Origin: Sphaeroforma arctica JP610
Lineage: Eukaryota
Reading direction: 5' to 3'
Assembly (NCBI RefSeq): GCF_001186125.1
Contig: NW_014040552.1
Span: 59,051-97,799 of the forward strand
Length of the DNA: 38,749 nt
Shown piece by piece: positions 22,971 through 38,749 of the stretch (position 1 is its first letter; each line of letters begins with the position of its first letter). The position numbers were made by a program, and so were the translations under genes. The notes below the pieces were generated by a model. It made no database searches and had not been told where the DNA came from. It saw only the letters and a program-made list of their open reading frames with translations.

Positions 22971-23583
22971 AATACTGTGTGTGTATTCGTACACAGAAAT
23001 TGCCTTCTTGGTGAACAACAGAAATCAATTCCAGATCAATTTATCTAGTAGTATGAATGGCAGTCTGCACTTATACTCGGGCACACTATGTGATTGGTGA
23101 ATGAAATGGAATGCATCAACAAATGTGTATTCTCTACATTATATGATATACTTGCATTTCATATGATTGAATGAAGAATGTTGCCGCATCGTACTGGAAG
23201 TGGAACGGTGAGCGTTTTTGATTGTACATGTCTACAATTTTATTTCACAATTATTTCGATATAGTTGGTTATTGTACGTCTTGGTGCACCCACTCTGGGC
23301 TGTGATCTATAGGACGGTCCAGTTCGGTAGCGATTGTAGTGAGTGTATTCTTGATTCGTCGTGGTTGTATATGGTCTTGGCTGTGGTGGTTGTATGTTAC
23401 CGTGGCCTTTTATTCATGTATCCTGAGTAATTTCATTTTTGTTGAAGATGCACGACAACGAATAGTCGTTCCTTTATTACATGGATGTTTGATACAAAGT
23501 TTTGGTTTTTTCCTTCATTATTGCCTAATTTGGTACTATTTACATCGAAATTTGACCAGAGGAAAGTACACCATCAGTCGAAA

Positions 23584-23662
23584 TACCGGTGATGATGGAA
23601 AAATTCACATAACTATAGTTTGAGCATTGCGCTGAGAACACAAATTCTGCAATTCTGAGGCA
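23584..23662 (+). ncRNA. Box C/D snoRNA, SNORD96-like 5.8S guide (copy 2)
   Basis: Canonical C box GTGATGA (23589), D box CTGA (23655), same guide as copy 1, outer stem TCAGTCGAA (23574) / TTCGACTGA (23665). Confidence 0.8.
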
Positions 23663-24129
23663 TGTTCGACTGATTCACAACCACACAAGTATAGTAAATA
23701 CCATTGCAAATTGCTCCTCAGAGAAAATCGTTATGAGACGTGCTTGACTACATATACAATCTCTGAATAAAACTTGTAGAACCCGAATTTTAGAATGAAG
23801 TGCATAGTAGCAAATTTTATTGATCAGTGTTTGGGGAGAGCGGGAACGGATGCGTTTCTGAACTAAACTGACATCTGACTGATAATCCGCATTGCGCGGT
23901 GTATTAAGACATTTCAATATCCAACCAATCGGTAGTCCGATAGCTCGTCCCAACACGCTCAGATAGTATCTCCACAGGGACATACTCAATATTCTCGATT
24001 GAAGGAACATAGGTTGCTCTCTAGCCTAACCAGGCTAGCTCAGGCGCGCTTGTATTGTATCATCCCCTTGCGTTTACTCGCCACTACCACTGGTTGGTTG
24101 ACTAGTCATCATTGCTTCGATTCGATTCC

Positions 24130-25700
24130 TCAGAAGTTTTTGGTCTCTTCAAGCTCTGTCAGTACGCCATTTGTATCTTTGGGATGCATGAAGACCACCG
24201 GGTTTCCATGCGCACCGATTTTAGACTCTTTTGCTAGCAGGCGGATGCCATTCTCGGGTAATTCTTTGATAGCGTTGTCAATCTTGTCAGTCTGAGATGG
24301 TAGAGAATAAACGTACATAAGTGGATCAGGAACCATTGATTGATGTCAAAAATATTGCTGAATCTTTATCATCCACACTGAACAAATAGGCGTGAAATGA
24401 ACAAAACGAGTTCGTTGCCACAGATATTTATAAACTTAAACTGGTTTCTCGACCCACGCACCTCGGGAAGAGGTAAATTAATTTAAAAGTGACGCGATCA
24501 GCAGGTAAATGGGCCAGACATGATCCTATATATCTCATCTATCCGACAATAAAGTACGTCAAGTTCGAGTACTACATACCTCGACACATATGTGGTGGAT
24601 GCCTCCACTGGGATTCTTAGCCAAGAAATTCGCGATCGGACTCTTGTCTCCGTAAGGGTGGATGAGTTCTATCTTTGCGCCATCGCCAAGCACCACAAAG
24701 ACTGTGTACACACCGTGCTCCGGTTGGGGCTAGATACGTATAATTTTCATGTGTTATTATGGCGATGTACGTTCACAGATACGGGAAAAAGAAATATGGA
24801 TACGAAGAGGAAAGAGATGAAGTGTGTACAATAATGCGCATGATACATAGGAAGATAATCCCAGCCCATATATCTGTGAGAATATACGGATTGAAGGTGA
24901 AACACCTCGACAATGTGAAAGCGCAAAATGATTATAATACTATAACAATATATGGTCAATTTAGTATAGCCTGTCGGATAACTCTCACAGATTGTAATAC
25001 AATTTTGGTTCAAAGCAATGAAAATTGACTTGAGCAGTATCGTAACAATTTCTTAAAGCTAAAAAGTAAAACCGAGGCAGCGAAGCTTGGAATATGTATA
25101 CCTGACGTACGAATACATAACCTGTAACTACATACAACACACTTCTGTACAGCACGATATTATAGACTATGTGCAAGTATGAATAGTTTCTGCATTCAAG
25201 CGCTTACCACTGGTTCGCTCACGCTTTTAGCCCCCATCGTATCTCTCCAAAACTGTGATGCCTGCTCAAGATCGGGCACAGCTATAGCCACATGGTTCAG
25301 CTTCCCCGTTTGCCACGACTATAAAAAGAAAATTATACATGTATCAGTTGAACATTCAAAAGTAAGCATCGAGTAGCATGCCAACTACATGTAATTGATC
25401 AGACATGCATTAAAAAAAGAGGAGAGTAGCAGGAAAACGTACATTTGTGACTTATCATGCAATACATATTCTATTAGTCCACAATATTTATAAATGACGA
25501 TACATGGATCGAAATTGCTATATACCAGTATATAAAACAACACGCACACAGACACAGACACAGACACAGACACACATATATATATATTTGACAAAATTTG
25601 TATACACACACACACACACATACATACATACACACACCCACACACCCACCCACACATACACCCACACACCCACATATATATATATGTACAAACAAACAAA

Positions 25701-25744
<44 letters not shown>

Positions 25745-25818
25745 CATATACATACACACATGCGCACACACACACACGCACACACACACACTCACACACA
25801 TATGCATATATATATGCA

Positions 25819-25850
<32 letters not shown>

Positions 25851-26701
25851 TATATAATACTTGTAAATTTTGTGGGAACATCTAATATCTCACAAAAAAA
25901 TATACTATATGCTTATGTTTAGAATATTTGTATATATCGAGACATGTAATCGTAGACAAATCCGAGAACTCAATTCTTCATATATAAATATGAGAGCACC
26001 AAGCAGTACCGGGACCGAACAGTATGTGCAGAATGCAAACCGAGCAGAAAAATGGAGTTGTTGCTATGTGCGTACATTCGCTACACTGTCAGTTTTATAT
26101 TTTAAAATATAGTACGAGCGTAGAACGAACATGTAAAAACTAAAACACAGCTCAAAAATGTGTCATATTGATAGACCGGAGAGCAATCTGACCGTTCAGA
26201 GGCAGAAGTTCCACTATCGTCACTTTTACAAACCTCAACTCGATAAGATATTGAATGTAGAATTGTACATGATTCGGATTGTGTCAGCATAGCCATCGCA
26301 CGTAATCGCCTAAGCTACAATTCTATAGGACTTGTGAAGGAAGAGAGTTTGCTATCGGGGGATACGGCTCATAGTGACATACAATACCCCCCCCCCCCAC
26401 CTCCTCCCCTAGACAAGATACAGATAAATACTGCAGTTGATATCAAGAGGTATGCACGGTCATGTGACATGTTCGCATATTTATTGGCTCACATGCAAAG
26501 CAGAGCCATAGAATGGCTCAATTCATCCCACCAGACCACAATCAGACCACAAAATAGGTGCATCAATTTTACCTTGGCACTGGTTGACTGTAGTCGGACG
26601 GCATTCATTTGGTTTGGAGCACTGCAGGGAAGCGCCCTCGCTGAGCTAAAGATAGCACGTGTATGCGGTACCGCTAAGCTACGGAACATAGGTAACACCA
26701 T
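24130..26701 (-). CDS. MCEE: Methylmalonyl-CoA epimerase, mitochondrial, 4 exons, ~183 aa
   Basis: Exons 26701-26573, 25318-25208, 24729-24580, 24291-24130. Motifs GKLNHVAIAVPDLE, PEHGVYTVFV, KIELIHP, GGIHHICVE and KIGAHGNPVVFMHPKDTNGVLTELEE. Exon 1 is presequence-like. Confidence 0.95.
25540..25857. repeat. (CA)/(TA) compound microsatellite in MCEE intron 1
   Basis: Direct inspection. Confidence 0.9.
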
Positions 26702-28364
26702 TGTGGATTGAATATCAAAGAAGCTATGAATGTGCGTATGATCGCGCTAGTTTCTGACCAGTACATACATACTAAATACATTGAGCGCTTAATACTCGTG
26801 ACTCATAGCCACTTTTGTGTACGGTAAATTACAAATATTTATAAAAAAATTGTCCTTCGTCCGGACAATAGTCCTATCAGGTACATTATTTTATTCTTCT
26901 CGTGTAAGAGGGTCATAATTTTTATTATTAATGTATTCATATGCCCAGAGGCCAGAGAGTTGTTCACATTGGCACATCCGGCTAAAAACTTAAAAAGCCA
27001 AAAATACGCCAATGTCGTCAATTCATTGGTGGATCACATATCAACTTTTGGCGGCGTATGTATGCTGTTTGTGTCTTTGTGATATTGACGAGTTTACAGT
27101 TTTTATGTCTATATATATTTATACCAACTTGTTGGGAATGGGAAGTCTGTCGAGTGGACGAGATTAGTACGATTGTTGAAGCCTACAGCCTGCAGGATAC
27201 CTTAATAGTCATATTTCGGAATTCTATCTGGCAGCATTGGACTAACAAAATGAACGAATGCACATATTGTCATTCTCACATATACCTCGGATAGTTTTAC
27301 TAATTGTGCGAGTTCCGTCATAGTACAGCAATGGTACGATGCAAGGTATGGAACAAGCTACATATTGCACCATAAATTACAGGTAAAATAACTACTTGCA
27401 TCGGTTTGTTCACTCTCTGCGAGATTCTAACAGTGGTTTATGATTGATTCCATACATATTTTATAGCAATCGGACGAAGGCACCGATTATTAGCACAGCA
27501 ATTTTGAGCGTGTTTCACAATATTGGAAGGAGCATCACCTTTCCTACGACAGTATGGAGTTATGAAATTTCAATTCTCGTTTGTACATGCCACCGTTTGT
27601 CTCTCGAATACAGTACGACGCTTAGTAGGGTTTGCTATGTCAGCGTCAATCTTCTTTGTTTTTTGGCCTCGGTTCAATGAGCTGACACATATTCTAAACA
27701 TTACGTCTTGGCGGAAAAATACATTAGTACGGGCTTCAATTATACCTATGTATACCTTTTTATTTAATTCCTCCTTATCGATTCACAGAAACGTGACTCT
27801 TGCTATAATTTCCTCATAAGACAATACAACAAAATAAATGGAATTTGACTACTTTCAGAAATGATCTAATTCAATGTCCACTCATGATTTTAAGTGCAAG
27901 GGTTTATTTGCGTATGCATGATCCGCCCCTATAGGTGAAATACCGGTACTCCACCTGACAAAAAGATTCAAATTGATGATAGACACAAAAATTTCTGCAT
28001 GTAAGAAGTTGTGTTTGTTAGTATTTGATATGTGTGAAGATCGCAATCTGATGCGTTGTATGCCACGATTGTTTCAAAATGGCAGATTATAATGTGTACG
28101 TCCCGAATTCGATGGCTATGTAGCAGTTGTTTCTGTGTGCTCCACTTCGATACTGAATCAATTATTTGTATACAGAGCGACGGTATAATAATACATAGTT
28201 GTCACTAATGTTTGAGGATTGTAGATACTTCTTCCCAGCAGAACAAGCACCCTAGTTGTATGGAGGTATATCAGTGATACGACTGCGTTTGTATGTCAGA
28301 CCATTCTTGATGATCACACATACGGATATACTGTTCATTCGTTGTGGCCTCTGCGACCACAACA

Positions 28365-29726
28365 CTAAGTTGACTTTTTGCCACTCGTGGGAGCCGTAAC
28401 TGAATCGAGCATATCTCTACCCATCAACCATAGACACGCACAGGCGCTACCAATAAGTGCCCCCGCCACAATGCCCAATGTAGGAACGTCAAACTCTCTT
28501 AGTATATATCCACCCACTATGGGTGAGATAATGCCACACAATGATCGCACGGCATGCGACAGCGAGATAGCTGTCCCTGTCTGGTCTTGGTGTACACTCC
28601 CAGAGATTAGTGCCCCTAACACAGTGTATATAATGGTCGAGCTGATACTCGTAGGTGTCGTGAGCACTAGCACACTCACCAGATCGGTAGAGTATACGCA
28701 GATGCTGGGGATGCCTACCGCCAGCAGAAAAGAGGCAACAACCATGGTCTTAAAGTCACCTAGAGAACCAGACAAGGCACCTACAACCCCAACGTTGGCA
28801 ACCACAGACAGCACACCCGCGTACGCCATTAACATGCCTAAGCTTTGCGAATCCATGTGTATCGAGTCTGTCATAATAAGGGAAAACATCGACGTGTACA
28901 TGTTCATACCCAAGCCCACCAGGAACGAGAAGGTCACTAGCAAGAATACCTTTTGCACCCGCAGTACCTCTACAATTTCTGTTACATCCAAGGCACTCTT
29001 CTTAGGTTTGGCCTTACACTCCTCCGCCGCCGAATCAGCCTGACTGTCCGTGGTTGTACTGGTTGTTAACGATGGCAAGTATACATAGTTTGTCACAATC
29101 ATTAACAATGACAACACACTCGCACTCAGGCAGGTCATGTGGTCACCGTAATTCTTCGAGATTGTACCCCCCACAGGTGAACCGAGTACCATTCCGATCG
29201 CATAACTAAGCGACAACCGGCCTAAAGCACTCGCACGGTTCTGCGGTAGTGTAATCTTGCTTACAACCGCCTGTGCACACAGCATCGCATGTTGGGCTAT
29301 TGCGGGAACACGGGATAAGAACAGTATGGGAAGCGTGTAGGCACACGCCATGAGAGCGTACATGAGAAAACTTCCACCCTGACTGATGATTAAGCCTGTT
29401 TTGGGACCCGATGTATCCACTATTCTACCCACCAGCGGGCCACCAACCAATGCAAAGACGTTAATCACTGACGACAGTGTACCGAAGACCACACTATCCA
29501 CCCCTAGGGCTTTGGTCAGACTAGGGAGTATAGGTTGTTGCATCCAGAAACAGCACGCGTACACAAATATGTTTGCGTGTACGTGTAAGAGCACTGTAGC
29601 ATGCTCAGCGCGCGCGCGTTGTTCTGCTTCGCTTAGATCTGCAGGATCGGTGTACGTGCCAACAAAGCGCTCTGAAACGATCCTCCACTTAGCAGAGTGT
29701 GGTAATTCTTTTACAGCCCCACCCAT
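28365..29726 (-). CDS. Major facilitator superfamily transporter, DHA1/SLC22A18-like, intronless, 453 aa
   Basis: About 12 hydrophobic segments; motif A GRIVDTSGPK; LPSLTKALGVDSVVFG, LFLSRVPA, RASALGRLSLSYAIGMVLGSPVGG; second-half motif GALSGSLGD. Confidence 0.9.
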   Translation of the reverse strand: MGGAVKELPHSAKWRIVSERFVGTYTDPADLSEAEQRARAEHATVLLHVHANIFVYACCFWMQQPILPSLTKALGVDSVVFGTLSSVINVFALVGGPLVGRIVDTSGPKTGLIISQGGSFLMYALMACAYTLPILFLSRVPAIAQHAMLCAQAVVSKITLPQNRASALGRLSLSYAIGMVLGSPVGGTISKNYGDHMTCLSASVLSLLMIVTNYVYLPSLTTSTTTDSQADSAAEECKAKPKKSALDVTEIVEVLRVQKVFLLVTFSFLVGLGMNMYTSMFSLIMTDSIHMDSQSLGMLMAYAGVLSVVANVGVVGALSGSLGDFKTMVVASFLLAVGIPSICVYSTDLVSVLVLTTPTSISSTIIYTVLGALISGSVHQDQTGTAISLSHAVRSLCGIISPIVGGYILREFDVPTLGIVAGALIGSACACLWLMGRDMLDSVTAPTSGKKST

Positions 29727-30595
29727 GGTGTAATCGCTTAGAGCAAGTGAAGACTGTTTCTTGTTCTATGATAGATTCTTGCGCTATAAGACACTATAGT
29801 GGGGCGGATAAAGTTTTTGTAGTGTATATAAACTACAATTCTCATACATACCATACATACATATATTTATTGTTGTGATTGTTTTTTTAATAGGCGGTAC
29901 GTGTCTATCGAGAAGGCTATGCGGTATGTTATTTACTGTGTATTGTATTGTGAATGCAAAAAGTCAAAAAGCCAAGAGAGGTTCACTATTTATTTAGAGG
30001 TTTCAATATTCAAAATTTCAAACTCGCTTTTTTCATTTTTTTTTTGAGGCTGTGTACGCAGTTTTTTTTTGGAAAACAGCTAAACCCTAAAACAAAGCAA
30101 ATACGGCGTATATGGTCTTTCATCATGGTGTTGTGCAATATCCTGTCTGTCAACGGGTGTACTGTGTGCACAGGGTCACAGGCCCCACCTCTAAATAACA
30201 GGTTGGTGACAGAGTGCAGCGGTGTTGGAATATTTATTTAGCGGAAGACACCACACATTTAAAGCACAGGGGTGTGCTACTAAAGATTCATTTCCATTAG
30301 TAATCATGCCAGAAGCCGGCGAGAGCGTCTAATGGCGCATGAGGATTGGTTCTCGATACCAGTACCAAAGAATTGGGATGGTAAGAAGATGAGTAGCGAC
30401 CTTCTTTCATTGTAGCGAGCAAATAAAAGCGTGCCGCCCTACCGGATCAACCTAAAAAATATACTTCAACCAGGGTATAACTATTCATACTGGCGATGGG
30501 CACGATCATTCAGATATTCCATAGGTATGCAGAACACGCCCAGTACTAAGAATTTGGCGCAGGTACACGATAGGCTTGGGTGGTCCTTCACTCAG

Positions 30596-36689
<6,094 letters not shown>

Positions 36690-37807
36690 GTTGCTTCTAT
36701 ATTAACGAGCCTGAGCTACACTAATGTTTAATATACAAACACAACGACGATGAAGTCACTGTAAATATATATGTAAGTACACAAGCTGAGACTTGAGAGA
36801 AGCCATCTCGCAAACGCATTTTTAAAGTAAGACCCGATTCAAATTCATCACAAGAAGTATAGTATATTCTCCGTGATATGTGCAGGCCACAGGCCCACAG
36901 CTGAGTGCTGTCACAGCGAAATGAACAAATATATTTAATCAATTTAAATCATTAACGATGAGTCATAAATATATAAAGAATGATAACTATAGGAGGCTCC
37001 GAGGCCAGGGTTTGATCTCATTGGCTAACAGAGACTCAGGCTATTTTAGTGAATGGTTGAGACGGAAGACTCTGAAACATTCGATTCCACAAAATTCGTC
37101 AATATAATTGGATTTCGGCACGTAATTGTGTGTGGGATGCGGTTTAGCGTAAGAAATTCCAAGAATGTAAGATGTTCAATGTAGCCTGTGTTAAGTTTGG
37201 TGGTGGTATCATGTATGGTTGTATCTCTCGGTCGCTATAATGTCATTTGAATAAGTGTTCGATGTGAATTGGACTGATGTATTTATACACATCATGAAGT
37301 GTAAGGGTGACGAGGACTCCGACAATGACTGCTTAGAAGAGTTGGGAGTGAGTAATATTGAAGATTGGGAAGCAGAAATCGGGAAGTTGGCACCCCCTAT
37401 ATAGACGAAGTGTTTGGTGCGACATTCCCGCAGGATACGCCAGCATATACATACATGGGCCTGGGGAACACTTTTCATGTTCTCAAGCTACTACCTCTGA
37501 AAAAGTTAAAGACCCATGTGTTTATAAATTTTTGTTTGAGTGACCTACGGCCTCTATTTTAAATACACATGCACATTTCAAAAATCGAAAAATTACTATG
37601 CTTTTAGGTCACTTGATTACCACATTATATCGTTGTTCACAATATTTAAAAACAGTTTCGTTCTACTACATAGAAGGAGGCTAAAAGATATGACGCAAAA
37701 TTACTTTAAAATACAGACCTGAGACCACGAAATTCCCGCGTATTGTCAATGACTCAATTAAATGTCAATAGCTTGTATTTATTATAAATACTACTGTCTT
37801 CACTCTC

Positions 37808-37987
37808 AACTGCAAGTCTGCAAGTCTGCAACTTTGCAAGTCTGCAACTTTGCAAGTCTGCAAGTCTGCGCTGTCTGCAGAGTGCAGACTGCAAGTCTCA
37901 AGTCTCTCTGAGTCTCAAGTCTCTCTGAGTCTCAAGTCTCTCTGAGTCTCAAGTCTCTCTGAGTCTCAAGTCTCTCAGAGTCTCAAG
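37808..37987. repeat. Compound tandem repeat: (CTGCAAGT)n followed by 17-mer (CAAGTCTCTCTGAGTCT) x ~5
   Basis: Direct inspection. The two unit types share CAAGTCT. Confidence 0.9.
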
Positions 37988-38679
37988 AAGTCATGTAGAG
38001 AAAGAACATAACCGTAGTGGTAAAACCCACAAAATAAACCCTAAACAAAAAACTCCACAAAAAACCTCGAGTTAGAAAAACCCTGTAGGCTAAGCGAGGG
38101 CTCAGGGCTTGGGACTTGGAGCCGAGTCCTTCTCGGAGTCTCGGACAGACCCAACTTCCCAAGTTCAACCCAAGGGCTCCCAGACCCCACTCTCGCAAGA
38201 CCCCCCCACCTGCCCCCGACGCCGTAGGGCCGAAGTCCCGTGCGGGCCAAAATCCCACAGTCTCACCAGTCACCCACCACGATCCCTGTTTATTTATTTT
38301 TTATTTTACCACCCCCCACTCCAGTCCCCCACCCCCCCCCCACCCGGCTACCACAGAGTATCCTCTTGGTTTATACTCTCTGAGGGAAGTGTGTGCGCAA
38401 GCATTGCTTAAATATTGGAAACCCAGTCTCTGCAGGCGACCAAACTACACTGTTGTTCTCATCCAGTTGATATACACTAAGAAAGTTTCGTCCGCGCGCT
38501 AGCTCCGAATAAGATGGCCAAAGCTAAGAGCAAGTATGTAGTGCTTTAGAGCAACTGTGTCAGTGATCGTCTATACGTCAGTGTGCTCACGCGGTGGACT
38601 ATGTGCTTATGGCCAGCATAGGTCGAGGAATGGATACCTGTATATATGTTTTTATTATGTATTAATGTGTGAATATACG

Positions 38680-38706
38680 AATATAAATATAAATATATAT
38701 ATACAT

Positions 38707-38749
<43 letters not shown>
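38680..38749. repeat. (TA)/(CA) microsatellite at window end
   Basis: Direct inspection. Confidence 0.9.

Noticed and set aside
28378..29733. Plus-strand ORFs of 221 and 115 aa
   Set aside because: Antisense shadows of the MFS transporter CDS.
36990..38540. Short ORFs and C-rich stretch near the window end
   Set aside because: No recognisable motifs or consistent exon structure. May be decayed repeat sequence.

Overview
Eukaryotic nuclear DNA with GT-AG introns, many (TA)n/(CA)n tracts and two 20-N gaps. The style resembles a unicellular opisthokont draft assembly such as an ichthyosporean, but this is unverified. The left 8.5 kb holds two decayed retrotransposons: a Ty3/Gypsy-like pol remnant on the minus strand (~200-2330) and a fully bounded Ty1/Copia element (3266-8544, both LTRs, GGAGT target-site duplication). 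The main finding is that both appear to encode a Dam-like (DIRS-type) DNA N6-adenine methyltransferase domain that the ORF track misses because of stops. In the Copia it sits in frame inside the integrase HH-CC zinc finger. In the Gypsy-like element it follows RNase H and has a triplicated N-terminal module. Host genes follow: an intronless CBS/cysteine-synthase-like gene, DBP9/DDX56 (8 exons), RPL26 (3 coding exons), methylmalonyl-CoA epimerase (4 exons), an intronless SLC22A18-like MFS transporter and a 9-exon arrestin-fold gene. Four box C/D snoRNA copies from two families lie in and around RPL26. All calls come from manual translation and motif recognition; no searches were run.
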